Notes under the pieces: generated by a model | Told to the model about the DNA's origin: nothing | Seen by the model: only the letters and a program-made list of their open reading frames with translations | The model's database searches: none | Position numbers and translations under genes: made by a program | Source: Rhodopirellula sp. | GTDB taxonomy: Bacteria; Planctomycetota; Planctomycetia; Planctomycetales; Planctomycetaceae | NCBI GenBank assembly: GCA_013203845.1 | Contig: JABMPE010000622.1 | Coordinates: 1-62,171 of the forward strand | Length of the DNA stretch: 62,171 nt | Reading direction: 5' to 3' | In this document: one piece after another, positions 38,254-48,272 of the stretch | How positions within the stretch are numbered: the first letter of the stretch is position 1 | Layout: the number at the start of each line of letters is the position of its first letter

Positions 38254-39291
38254 ATGAGCGATCTTCGAGTAATGGTTGTGGGCGTTGGAGCGCTGGGCCG
38301 GCATCACGCGCGAATTATCTCAGGACTGCCCGGCGTTGAACTGGTCGCGGTGGCAGAGCCACGAGAAGAAATCGGGCGACCGATCGCCGAGCAACTCAAC
38401 ACTCGCTGGGTGGCCAACGGGCGGGACCTGATCGATGAAATCGATGCAGCGTCGATTGTGGTACCGACAACGCTGCACGGCGATATCGCCGGTGAGTTTC
38501 TGGAAAGCGGCATTCCCGTACTCGTCGAAAAGCCGCTGGCCGAATCCGTGGCCGAAGGTCAACGACTCGTGAACCTCGCCAGGGCAAACAACGCGGTGTT
38601 GCAGGTCGGCCATGTGGAGCGCTTCAACCCGGCGATGATCGCGGCTCGAAAAGTCTGCGGCAGCCCGAAGTATATCCGCGCCGAACGCGTGAGCCCGTTT
38701 CCGTTCCGTTCAACCGACATCGGCGTGGTGCATGATCTGCTGATTCACGACATCGATCTGGTACTGGACCTGGTCCGGTCTCCGGTCCGCGATGTTCAGG
38801 CGTTTGGAATCAACGTCGTCAGCAATCATGAAGATATTGTCAACGCGAGACTCTTCTTCGAGAACGGAGCCATCGCCGACCTCACGGCCAGTCGCGTCAA
38901 TCCGGATGCCCGTCGCGGTATGCAGGTCTGGTCGCCGCTGGGCTGTGTGAATGTTGATCTGCAGAATCGCGAAGTGACCAGCTACTCGCCCAGCGAGTCG
39001 CTGCGTTACGGTCGGTCGCCACTGGAACTGGCTCGCGAACCCGGCGCGAACATCGAGCAGCTCAAAGCCGATATCTTCGGTCGATTTATCGAAGTTGACA
39101 AAGCGTCGGTTACCGAAGGTGACGCTCTGACGGCGGAACTCACTGAATTCGTGGACTGCGTTCGTCATCATAAAAAGCCAGCGTGCAGTGGCACTGAGGC
39201 ACTCGACGCTCTGAAAGTTGCAGAGATGGTCCTCGATTCGGTGGCTGCTCATGACTGGGGCCGCTCAGGCAACATCGCTGCCGCGGCGTAA
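38254..39291 (+). CDS. Gfo/Idh/MocA-family NAD(P)-dependent oxidoreductase
   Basis: Rossmann N-terminus LRVMVVGVGALGRHHA...VAVAEP...VLVEKPLA and a typical C-terminal alpha/beta domain. Confidence 0.9.
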   Translation: MSDLRVMVVGVGALGRHHARIISGLPGVELVAVAEPREEIGRPIAEQLNTRWVANGRDLIDEIDAASIVVPTTLHGDIAGEFLESGIPVLVEKPLAESVAEGQRLVNLARANNAVLQVGHVERFNPAMIAARKVCGSPKYIRAERVSPFPFRSTDIGVVHDLLIHDIDLVLDLVRSPVRDVQAFGINVVSNHEDIVNARLFFENGAIADLTASRVNPDARRGMQVWSPLGCVNVDLQNREVTSYSPSESLRYGRSPLELAREPGANIEQLKADIFGRFIEVDKASVTEGDALTAELTEFVDCVRHHKKPACSGTEALDALKVAEMVLDSVAAHDWGRSGNIAAAA

Positions 39292-39506
39292 GTTTGCGTT
39301 TGCTTTGCCTGCGACTTCTTGCACGCACGCTCTGGAATGACATCAAATTGTCGTGAATTATTTCAGACCGTCGGCGTGAAGCTGTGTCCGAGGGTCTGCG
39401 GCCCGTATCATCCGTCGAAATTCCGGCGAGCACTGGCGCAGTCGGACGTCCGATACGCTTTCTCCGGCGGATCGTTTTCAAACGAGTTCCGCGGAGGTGA
39501 CTCCCG

Positions 39507-40871
39507 ATGTTCTACCGATCACTGCTGTTTCCCGATCTTCGCATGACACTTGACGCGAATGACGAGGACGGTCTGCGCGAATTCTGCGAAGCTCTCCATC
39601 CGGCTGTTGTGGCAGAAGTGATCGATGAACTCGAGCCTTCCGAGCTTTGGCGGGTGCTCGTGTCCTGCAAACCGGAGTTGCAGGCGGAAATCTTTGGTTT
39701 TTTCGAACCTCGTTTGCAGATTGCAATTGTCGAGGTCGCGGATCGGAAGCGGCTTTCCAGACTCATCGAAGAAATGGCTCCTGACGATCGAGTCGACGTG
39801 CTGGAACGGCTGGACGACGAAAAAGTGGAAAGCCTGCTGCCGCTGATGGCACAGGCCGAGCGAGCCGATATTCGGAAACTGCTCTCCTATCCGGACGGCA
39901 GCGCCGGCTCGATCATGACGACCGAGTACGCTTCGTTGTCTGAAGAGATCACCGTTTCCCAGGCGCTGGACGAGTTGAGAGTTCAGTCGCCCGACAGCGA
40001 GACCATTTATTACATCTATATTCTCGACGAAGGTCGGCGACTGGACGGCATTGTTTCGTTGCGGGAACTCATCCAGGCCAAACGAGCGGCCACCTTGTCT
40101 GAGATCATGCACCGCGACGTGCTGTCGGTGCGGGTTGATGATGACGAAGAATTCGTCGCTCGCGAGCTGGCTCGTTACGACTTCCTGGCCATCCCGGTCG
40201 TCGACAACCTGCACCGGCTGGTTGGCATCGTCACGCTGGATGACGCGCTGGACGTGCTCGAAGAAGAAGCGACCGAGGACGCTCAGATGCAGGCGGCCAT
40301 CCAGCCGCTCGACGAAAGTTACATGACGACGCCGTTCTTTGTGCTCGCTCAAAAACGCGGAGTCTGGCTGGTGATCCTGCTGGCCGCGGCGTTTCTGACC
40401 GCTTGGGTCATGCAGGGCTACGAAGAGCTGCAGCAGTCGTACGTCTGGATGGTGTGGTTCATCCCGTTGGTGCTTGCCAGTGGCGGAAACGCGGGGTCGC
40501 AGTCGGCGACATTGATCATTCGCGAAATGGCCACCACGGAAATGAACAGTCGCGACAAATATTTCATCCTGATGCGCGAACTGCGAATGGCGATGACGCT
40601 GGGAGCCGGTTTAATGACCCTCTCATTTGCGGTTGCCATTTGCATGGTGGCGCTGCCCGAGGCGATTGTTGTCTCGGTGACAGTACTGATGATGGTCATC
40701 TTTGGAACATCCGCCGGCGCCATTTTGCCCATCGTCTTCAAACGGCTGGGAATGGATCCGGCACTGATGTCGAACCCACTGATCGCCGCGCTGGTTGACG
40801 TGCTGGGAGTCGTCATTTATTTCAACACGGCGCGGGCATTGCTCGGACCCGTGGCAATGGTGATCGAGTAA
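39507..40871 (+). CDS. mgtE: Magnesium transporter MgtE
   Basis: N-domain, tandem CBS domains (AGSIMTTEYASL...; IMHRDVLSV...LAIPVVDNLHRLVGIVTLDDALDVLEEEATED) and the TM domain with GGNAGSQSATLI. Confidence 0.96.
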   Translation: MFYRSLLFPDLRMTLDANDEDGLREFCEALHPAVVAEVIDELEPSELWRVLVSCKPELQAEIFGFFEPRLQIAIVEVADRKRLSRLIEEMAPDDRVDVLERLDDEKVESLLPLMAQAERADIRKLLSYPDGSAGSIMTTEYASLSEEITVSQALDELRVQSPDSETIYYIYILDEGRRLDGIVSLRELIQAKRAATLSEIMHRDVLSVRVDDDEEFVARELARYDFLAIPVVDNLHRLVGIVTLDDALDVLEEEATEDAQMQAAIQPLDESYMTTPFFVLAQKRGVWLVILLAAAFLTAWVMQGYEELQQSYVWMVWFIPLVLASGGNAGSQSATLIIREMATTEMNSRDKYFILMRELRMAMTLGAGLMTLSFAVAICMVALPEAIVVSVTVLMMVIFGTSAGAILPIVFKRLGMDPALMSNPLIAALVDVLGVVIYFNTARALLGPVAMVIE

Positions 40872-40943
40872 CGTTATTTCGCGGCCTCAATGACTGGCGG
40901 AAACCAGCCAGCCGAAAAATCAACAGCCTGAAAGAGCTTCATC

Positions 40944-41432
40944 GTGGCAAAGCATCGCAAGCGGCAATACTGGCTCTTCAAATCGGAACCCGGTGCGTAT
41001 TCGATCGACGATCTCGTCAGAGACAAATCGACGCATTGGGACGGTGTTCGGAATTACCAGGTCCGTAACATGCTTCGTGACGACATTCAGGTCGGAGACC
41101 GGGTTCTGTTTTACCACAGCAACGCCAAACCAATGGCGATTGCTGGTACCGCAGAAGTCATCGAACCTGGCTACCCGGATCACACGGCCTTTGATTCCAA
41201 AGACAAGCACTACGATCCCAAAAGCGACCCGGATAATCCGACCTGGTTCATGGTCGACGTGGCGATTATCCAGAAGTTTGAAACGCCGGTGACGCGAGAC
41301 GATCTGAAGGCGGATGAAGTCGCTTCCGGTATGGCGGTCATGCAGAAAGGTTCGCGGCTTTCGATCGTTCCTGTCACCGAGACTGAATGGAAAGCCATTC
41401 ACCGTCTTGCCGGGGCCAAAGATCCCCGGTAG
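40944..41432 (+). CDS. EVE (PUA-like) domain protein
   Basis: YWLFKSEPGAYSIDDL...THWDGVRNYQVRNMLRDDIQVGDRVLFYHSN is the typical EVE/Thy28-like pattern. GTG start. Confidence 0.85.
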   Translation: MAKHRKRQYWLFKSEPGAYSIDDLVRDKSTHWDGVRNYQVRNMLRDDIQVGDRVLFYHSNAKPMAIAGTAEVIEPGYPDHTAFDSKDKHYDPKSDPDNPTWFMVDVAIIQKFETPVTRDDLKADEVASGMAVMQKGSRLSIVPVTETEWKAIHRLAGAKDPR

Positions 41433-41453
41433 CTCCAGGGTCTTGTCATAGGT

Positions 41454-43754
41454 CTACTCAAGCAACGCACCTTTGTTACGTTCCAGATGTGCGTGCCAGC
41501 GATCAAGGGCCACCTTTCGCTGATTGGCCGGGTTAATTGGTCGATAGTCATATCGCTGGCCGGTGAGTCGGTAAATTTGCTGGAAAGCCAGCTGCCGAAT
41601 CACCTGGTTGTCATGCCCCAGCCAGTCGACCAGCAACTGCGAGGTGGCCGGGTTGCGCGCGTCTTCTTCGTTGTAACCCCAGAGCAGTCGATACAGCGGG
41701 TCGACCTGATCAGTGGGAAAATGTCTCTGTAGTGCCGCTCGCAGGATCTCGCGATTCTCGGCGGCGGCAGGAAGCCAGCGTTGCAGACCTGTGATCGCGG
41801 CATTGCGGGCTTCGAGAAATTCGGCTTCTGCCAGAACCTGAACCAGCTGGTCGTGCATGTCGATCGTGGCCATCGTCTTCACGGCGAGTTCCGAGATTGA
41901 CGGAATCTTCGACTTCACGATCGATGGAATGCTGTTACGCAAGGGCTGTTCTTCGTCGATCTCATTCTGAAAGCGACTCGCGTATCGGCGTTCTGTCGAT
42001 GAAATTCTGGACGCAGCTGGATCGAGCCATTCTGGAACCGTCAACAACGGTGGGTGATTGCTGGTTTCTGACATGGCTCGTCGATCCAGAGGCGTCAGCG
42101 GGAACCAGGAGGGACCCGTTAAATCCACGTCCCCAGCGATTTTACCGGCAAAGCTGACGCGGCCATTCACGATGAACAGGTTCCCCGTATAACGATTCTC
42201 GCCGAGTTCTTTTTCGTAAGCGTTCGCTTCTGCGGCCGTCAGCTCCGCTCCGCACAAGACATTCGGCGTGTGCAGCGTCAGTCGGCACGGCTCGTCCAAC
42301 AGGTACAGACCAACGACAACTGGTTCCGTGTTCGTTTCGGCTGATCGTCGTTGCACACTGATTCGACCCGTGAGGAGTTTCAATGACACCTGTTCGTCTT
42401 TCGTAGCCCCCAGAAATTCGACGACCGATCCCCCCTGCAGCTCGACCACCAGGTTCAGAGAACTGATTTCGAGCAACGCTGAAAACGGCTCCAGCGAGGC
42501 AACACGATCACCGGCTCGGATGATGGTTCGGTGTGGCATCATCACCCAGCCCTCGTCGGTCTTCTGGGCAAGAACGCCCTCGCGAGACGTGTACAGTACC
42601 TCGGGAGCCGGCACCGTCGAAATGACGCTCGCCTCTGGCTCTGCGGTCACACCTGCCGCTGGCGAGGTTGGAGTCGTCAGAGGGACTGTCGTTGAGGGAG
42701 CGGTGACTGATGAGCCAGCGCTGGCGGGAGTGCTGGCAGCGATAACGGACGTTCCGACGGCTGGTAATGTCGGCTCGGGAAGAGATGGCGGTACCGGTAA
42801 TGGTGTGGTGCTGGCGAGCGGCGTTCCCGGTGCTGTCGGGGCAGGCTGTGTTGGGGCTGATGTCGTGGTTCGAGTGTCTGGATCAAAGCCGTTGAGTTCA
42901 GCGATGTCTCGTGGTGGCCTGGCGGAAACCGCACTGTTTGGCTCTTTCGACATGGGCTCCGTCGGCTCGCCAACAGGCGAAAGCTGGTCAGCGGCAGCGC
43001 TGCCTTGTTCGGGCGGTAATGCCGATCCATCCTTGTCGAGCATCGCCACTGCGGAGTCTGCATCGACGGCGGAATCGATTGTCGAAGAGGTGTCGCCAGC
43101 ATCCGGCGACTTTTTGAACCACAACGACGGATCAGAATAGACGACACTCAGCCAGATCCCGCCGACCATCACGCCGACGGCGGCAGGCGCCAGACGTCGC
43201 CAGAGCGGAACGGGTCTCAAGTAGTCGGGGATTGTCGAGGTGAACGAGTCGGTCGATGACGTCTCGTCGTGAGCCTGGACAGGAATCGCGACACTTGAGT
43301 CCGAACCGGCTTTACCGGCTTTCGAGTCGCCTTCTGCACCGATGTGGCCGTTCGATCCCGCCGGTCTGGAGATGGGGCCGAGCGCGTACATCCGCTCGCG
43401 AGTTCTGGCTGGCACGTCGACCGGCTCACCCAGTACCAGCGTCAGAATCTGATGACTGGCAGCGACTTCGGCCAGATGGACGTCCGAATCCAGACAGACC
43501 TTTTCCACGTCGGCGACCGCATCCGGTTCGAGAGTGTTGTCGAGATACTCAGCGACGGAATTCGTATCCAGACCACTGTTTGGACTCTTCGGATCAGGGG
43601 CCGTCAGTCGGCGGCGACGCGTGACTTCACGAATCCGATCGACCAGCGCCGAAGCGTAACCACTTTCACTGATCTTCTCGCCGATTTCCCGGGCCTGAGC
43701 GGGTTCCAGAAGATCGTCCAGGTACGCCAGCAACGTTCGAAGGGTCAGTCGCAT
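41454..43754 (-). CDS. Large single-pass membrane protein: anti-sigma-like N-terminal domain, Pro/Thr/Ala-rich linker, FecR-like and helical-repeat C-terminal region
   Basis: N-terminus MRLTLRTLLAYLDDLLEPAQAREIGEKI..., a TM helix (LAPAAVGVMVGGIWLSVVY), and a low-complexity segment (TTSAPTQPAPTAPGTPLASTTPLPVPPSLPEPTLPAVGTS...). The domain names are tentative. Confidence 0.7.
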   Translation of the reverse strand: MRLTLRTLLAYLDDLLEPAQAREIGEKISESGYASALVDRIREVTRRRRLTAPDPKSPNSGLDTNSVAEYLDNTLEPDAVADVEKVCLDSDVHLAEVAASHQILTLVLGEPVDVPARTRERMYALGPISRPAGSNGHIGAEGDSKAGKAGSDSSVAIPVQAHDETSSTDSFTSTIPDYLRPVPLWRRLAPAAVGVMVGGIWLSVVYSDPSLWFKKSPDAGDTSSTIDSAVDADSAVAMLDKDGSALPPEQGSAAADQLSPVGEPTEPMSKEPNSAVSARPPRDIAELNGFDPDTRTTTSAPTQPAPTAPGTPLASTTPLPVPPSLPEPTLPAVGTSVIAASTPASAGSSVTAPSTTVPLTTPTSPAAGVTAEPEASVISTVPAPEVLYTSREGVLAQKTDEGWVMMPHRTIIRAGDRVASLEPFSALLEISSLNLVVELQGGSVVEFLGATKDEQVSLKLLTGRISVQRRSAETNTEPVVVGLYLLDEPCRLTLHTPNVLCGAELTAAEANAYEKELGENRYTGNLFIVNGRVSFAGKIAGDVDLTGPSWFPLTPLDRRAMSETSNHPPLLTVPEWLDPAASRISSTERRYASRFQNEIDEEQPLRNSIPSIVKSKIPSISELAVKTMATIDMHDQLVQVLAEAEFLEARNAAITGLQRWLPAAAENREILRAALQRHFPTDQVDPLYRLLWGYNEEDARNPATSQLLVDWLGHDNQVIRQLAFQQIYRLTGQRYDYRPINPANQRKVALDRWHAHLERNKGALLE

Positions 43755-44111
43755 GATTGTCGCTCCGCCTCAACAGTTCTTGAAAACTTCCTTGCTCACC
43801 GGATCACCGCGGCATCGATTGCTTCGATGCCGCTGCTTTAACAGTGGCAATTCGTCGCGAAGTCCGTACAGGAATCTGGCTTCAATCTCAAATTTTCACA
43901 AAATCTAATCGGGATGCCGCGAGTCCCGCATTGCTCTGGTACGCTGGATGCTCGCTCATCGTATTGTCGACGCGATTGCAATTCGTTACCGTCTTTCAGC
44001 TTCACTCGCCGAATGCACGACTTAGACACCACCCCCAGACCACCGGGATTGCGAGTCCGCTGTTACCTCAGCGGGTTGTTGCCATTCAGGACTGGCCACG
44101 GAAGGTCGCTT

Positions 44112-46805
44112 ATGGCCGCAACTGCGGATCGGCTGCATTTCCAGTGTCACCGGCAGTTTCGTCAAGCCTTGCCGGTCGTGGCCGCTCCTCATTCGCAGTT
44201 CTTTTCGCCACGTTCCGTCCGTGTTTGTCTTACGTCAATTCTGACGATTCTGATGCTGGCTGTGATTGGCTCGTCGGAAACGTCGCGCGCCGCCGAACTC
44301 GCCGAATGTCGCGAGATGCTCATTCGAGGTGACTACGAATCGTGCATTCATGCCACGCACGAAGCCATCACGAAGAACCGTTACGGAGAATCCTGGCCGC
44401 TGATCAAAGCCCAAGCCGAAGCGGCGAGCGGCCAGTTCGATGCCTCGCTGATGACGATCGCCGACGGGCTCAGGCGTTATTCCTGGAGCATTCGGCTTCG
44501 CTGGGCGGCCCGGTACGCAGCACTCAGAAGTGGTCGACCGGAACTCGCCGATGCCCTGCTGACCGAAATTCGCACGCTCAGCAAACAGTTTTCGTGGCGA
44601 TATACTGACTCGGAAGAGATCGTCATTCTCGGGCTGATCGACCAGCTCGACGGTCGTGACGCTCGGGAAATTCTCGACGAGCGTTTCGAAAAAGCCAAGC
44701 TCCGGAGCCGCACCAGTCGAGAGCCCTGGCTGGCGATCGGCGATCTCGCCCTTAACAAAAACGACGACGCGCTGGCAGCGGATAATTTTCAGGCGGCGCT
44801 GGAACTTTTTCCCGACGATCCGGATTTCACATCCGGGCTTGCCCGGGCGATGGCGTCGTCCGATCGTCAGGCGGCGATGGTCGGAATCGAAGCGGCTCTG
44901 AAGGCGAATCCGAAACACATCCCCAGCCTGCTGTTTCAGGTCGAAGGTCTGATCGACGCCGAACAGTACGAGGCGGCGTTCGAGTTACTCGACCACGTCC
45001 TGAAAATCGATCCGCTGGAACCCGAGGCGTGGGCTTACAAGGCCGTGATCGCTCACCTGAAAAATGACCTGCGCGGCGAAACTGCTTACCGGGACAAAGC
45101 GCTGGCACGCTGGACGAGCAATCCTCGCATTGATCATCTCATTGGCCGCAAGCTTTCTCAGCATTACCGCTTCCGTGAAGGTGCGGCGTACCAGCGAAAG
45201 TCACTGGCCGTGAAACCGAATTTTGCACCGGCGCAACGGCAGCTCGCCGACGACCTGCTGCGACTCGGTGAGGATGCGGAGGGCTGGAAAGTCGCCCAAG
45301 CCGCGTACGACACCGACAGCTATAACGTCGCGACCTATAACCTGCTGGAACTGCACGACGAGCTGGGAAAGTTCACGACTCTCCAGGACGACTCGTTCAC
45401 GTTGCGAATGGAGACGACCGAGTCGAAGTTGTACGGCACCGAAGTTCTTGCGCTGCTGCATCGAGCAAAACGGACGCTTGGTAAAAAGTACGGCCTCGAG
45501 CTGAAAGATCGGATCACGGTCGAAGTCTTTCCGAACGAAGATGACTTCGCCGTTCGCACCTTCGGGATGCCAGCCGTTTCCGGATATCTCGGAGTCTGTT
45601 TCGGACGCGTTATCACGGCCAACAGTCCGGCGTCACGCCGCGAAAGCCCGTCGAACTGGGAAGCTGTGCTGTGGCACGAATTCTGCCATGTCATCACGCT
45701 TGAACTGACCCGGAACAAAATCCCCCGCTGGTTGAGTGAAGGAATTTCGGTCTACGAAGAGCTGCAGCAGAACCCAGCCTGGGGCCAGCGGATGGATCTG
45801 CGGTATCGCGAGCATATTCTCAACGGTGGGCTCGCGCCGTTAAGCGAGCTCAGCAGCGCCTTCATGCGACCGGAAAGCGGCTGGCATCTGCAGTTCGCGT
45901 ATTTCGAATCGGCCCTCGCCGTTGACTTCATCGTGCAGGACTTCGGTCAGGAATCGCTTTTGGCGGTTCTCGGTGATCTGAAGGCAGGGCTTCCGATCAA
46001 CGTTGCACTGGATCGACGTTGTACCGCGCTGGCAGATCTCGAAAGCCGTTTTGAGGATTTTGCAAAGAAACAGGCCGAATCGCTCGCACCGGACGCTGAC
46101 TGGAGCAAACCCGATCTCGAAAAACTACTGGCGGAAAACGATGGCTCGCTGGAAGCCTGGGTTAAAGAGAACCCGAAAAATTTCGTCGCGTTGATGGCGC
46201 TGGTCGAACGGCAGCTTCAAGGTAAGAAATGGGACGAAGCCGAGCCGACGCTGCGACGACTGATCGAGGTCTACCCGTCCTACATCGGTGGCGACAACGC
46301 TTATGAGCGGCTGGCTGGCGTCTATCGAATACAGGAACGCGCCACTGACGAGCGAGCGGTTCTCGAACAGTTCGCTGCAATCAGTGACGACTCGGTGCCG
46401 GCCAATCTGCGACTGATCGAACTGCAGACGGAAGCGACAGACTGGTCGGCTGTCGAACAAACGGCTGCTCGATTATTCGCAATTGATCCGCTGCTGGCTC
46501 AGTCGCATTTGTCGCTGGCGACCGTCGCTGAAAAACTCGACCGACCGGCAGACGCCACCCGAGCGTTGACGCGACTCTTACTGCTCGCCCCCGATGATCC
46601 GGCGGATATTCACTTCCGACTCGCAAAGACGCTACTCGCACAGGGTAAGCTGAACGAGGCAAAACGACAGACGCTGATGGCACTCGAAGAAGCGCCACGC
46701 TTTCGAGACGCACATCGGCTGCTGCTGCAAATCGTCCAGGATGCCTCGAACAGCACAACACCGGTTACCACTTCAGAGCCGCTTACGAATACGAATCAGG
46801 AATGA
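44112..46805 (+). CDS. Peptidase MA-like zinc metalloprotease fused to multiple TPR repeats
   Basis: HExxH motif (AVLWHEFCHVITLE) with a downstream Glu (WLSEGISVYEE), flanked on both sides by TPR units. The start is uncertain: ATG 44112 is preceded by GGAAGG, and in-frame alternatives are 44013 and 43914. Confidence 0.8.
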   Translation: MAATADRLHFQCHRQFRQALPVVAAPHSQFFSPRSVRVCLTSILTILMLAVIGSSETSRAAELAECREMLIRGDYESCIHATHEAITKNRYGESWPLIKAQAEAASGQFDASLMTIADGLRRYSWSIRLRWAARYAALRSGRPELADALLTEIRTLSKQFSWRYTDSEEIVILGLIDQLDGRDAREILDERFEKAKLRSRTSREPWLAIGDLALNKNDDALAADNFQAALELFPDDPDFTSGLARAMASSDRQAAMVGIEAALKANPKHIPSLLFQVEGLIDAEQYEAAFELLDHVLKIDPLEPEAWAYKAVIAHLKNDLRGETAYRDKALARWTSNPRIDHLIGRKLSQHYRFREGAAYQRKSLAVKPNFAPAQRQLADDLLRLGEDAEGWKVAQAAYDTDSYNVATYNLLELHDELGKFTTLQDDSFTLRMETTESKLYGTEVLALLHRAKRTLGKKYGLELKDRITVEVFPNEDDFAVRTFGMPAVSGYLGVCFGRVITANSPASRRESPSNWEAVLWHEFCHVITLELTRNKIPRWLSEGISVYEELQQNPAWGQRMDLRYREHILNGGLAPLSELSSAFMRPESGWHLQFAYFESALAVDFIVQDFGQESLLAVLGDLKAGLPINVALDRRCTALADLESRFEDFAKKQAESLAPDADWSKPDLEKLLAENDGSLEAWVKENPKNFVALMALVERQLQGKKWDEAEPTLRRLIEVYPSYIGGDNAYERLAGVYRIQERATDERAVLEQFAAISDDSVPANLRLIELQTEATDWSAVEQTAARLFAIDPLLAQSHLSLATVAEKLDRPADATRALTRLLLLAPDDPADIHFRLAKTLLAQGKLNEAKRQTLMALEEAPRFRDAHRLLLQIVQDASNSTTPVTTSEPLTNTNQE

Positions 46806-46925
46806 GTCTATAACAACACTCCACTTTCAGAATTGTAGAATCGCAGCGTTTGTTCCAGCGTACTGCTACTGCAGCGTTAAGACCGGTTGGGCACTACCCG
46901 CCAACAATCACAGTTCGAGGTTGCG

Positions 46926-47816
46926 ATGAACGATCTGCACAACACTTCGAATACGACAACGACGCGACCTCGTCAGGCGGCTTCGTTGCTGGCGGTTCTC
47001 GTGGCCCTTGTCGTTGGGGTGATTTTTCTTGCGCAAATGAGCGAGCCAATAGAAGCTCAGCCGTGGCGAAGGCGTGCCTACGATCCCAATGCGAAACCCG
47101 ATCGCAACGGCGTGCCGGACTGGGAAGTCGATCCACGATTCAAGGACGATGTCTTCACGTTCGTCCGTCTGAAATACAATGCGTACCGAGGCCGGGGCGG
47201 CGGCTGGGCAACTGATTACCCGGACGCCGACCTGAACTTCGCCTTCCGGCTGCAGCAGCTCACGTCGATGAAAGTCGACCCGGACGGAAAGATTCTGGAG
47301 ATCACCGATCCTAAACTGTTCGACTACCCTTGGGTCTACATGATTGAACCGGGCGGCATCACGCTCAGCGAAGAAGAAACGACCACGCTCAGACGTTACC
47401 TGCTCAACGGCGGCTTCATGATGGTCGACGACTTCTGGGGCGAAGATGAGTGGTACGACTTCTACGAAGCCATCAAGCAGGTTTTTCCTGACCGGGAACC
47501 CATCGAACTCCCGTACGAGCATCCGATTTTTCACTGCGTCTACGATCTGCCATACAAGCCGCAGATTCCCAGCCTGGGTGCCGCACAGGCCGGGCGAGCT
47601 CAGGGCATCACCTGGGAAAGACCTGACGCTCAGGAAGTCCACTACAAAGGCATCTTCGACGACAAGGGGCGCATGATGGTCATGATCTGCCACAACACGG
47701 ACCTGGGCGATGGCTGGGAACGCGAGGGCCTGGACCCGTGGTACTTCAAAGAGTTCTCCGAAAAGCTGGCCTACCCGCTGGGCATCAATATCATTTTTTA
47801 CGCCATGACACATTGA
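46926..47816 (+). CDS. DUF4159-like protein (single N-terminal TM helix)
   Basis: FTFVRLKYNAYRGRGGGWATDYPDADLNFAFRLQQLTSMKV...DYPWVYMIEPGGITLSEEETTTLRRYLLNGGFMMVDDFWGEDEW matches my memory of DUF4159. ATG 46926 follows GAGG. Confidence 0.8.
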   Translation: MNDLHNTSNTTTTRPRQAASLLAVLVALVVGVIFLAQMSEPIEAQPWRRRAYDPNAKPDRNGVPDWEVDPRFKDDVFTFVRLKYNAYRGRGGGWATDYPDADLNFAFRLQQLTSMKVDPDGKILEITDPKLFDYPWVYMIEPGGITLSEEETTTLRRYLLNGGFMMVDDFWGEDEWYDFYEAIKQVFPDREPIELPYEHPIFHCVYDLPYKPQIPSLGAAQAGRAQGITWERPDAQEVHYKGIFDDKGRMMVMICHNTDLGDGWEREGLDPWYFKEFSEKLAYPLGINIIFYAMTH

Positions 47817-48116
47817 GGGCGAAGCAACACAAAAGACGTTCGCGCAACGGCCCAAGAACACGGCATCGACATGTTTCTCAGGAAACGTCTTGGAGAGGGG
47901 CACTCTGATCGGATCAGTTTTAAATGTCGACATTTCACATAATCAACTCACATTAGCCGAATCTCTGTTGTCAATTGTTGCCACCGAGTTGAAACCCAAC
48001 TGGACATTACCTGCTTTCTGAATCCAACCGCAGTTCTTCAAGCAACGCTCTAAGGGCTGGTGAAGAGACATTCATTTTCGAATATGTCTCAAACCGATGT
48101 GCCAACGGAGTGAGCA

Positions 48117-48272
48117 ATGAAACGGAACGGACATGATTCGCGAATTCGTATTTCGCGAGGTAAAGGGTGGCTTGAAATCAAAGCAAGTCGCCTTACATGG
48201 CAATTCACGGTTGTCTGGATATCTGCCTGTGTTGCTGCAACTGTTATCACCGTCACTTGGCTTAATTGCTGA
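48117..48272 (+). CDS. Candidate 51-aa small membrane protein immediately upstream of the MoxR gene (not in the ORF track; below its size cutoff)
   Basis: ATG 48117 lies 6 nt after GGAG. It translates to MKRNGHDSRIRISRGKGWLEIKASRLTWQFTVVWISACVAATVITVTWLNC, with a basic N-terminus and one hydrophobic helix. It ends 15 nt before the moxR-family start. Confidence 0.25.
   Translation: MKRNGHDSRIRISRGKGWLEIKASRLTWQFTVVWISACVAATVITVTWLNC

Noticed and set aside
39292-39506. A possible Mg2+ (M-box/ykoK) riboswitch in the 215-nt leader of mgtE.
   Set aside because: I recognise no M-box conserved blocks in the leader. A covariance-model scan would be needed to be sure.
43914-44111. The upstream 66 codons of track ORF 43914-46805.
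   Set aside because: The composition is Cys/Arg/Ser-rich and there is no signal. ATG 44112, with an upstream GGAAGG, precedes the hydrophobic N-terminal segment. The true start remains uncertain.
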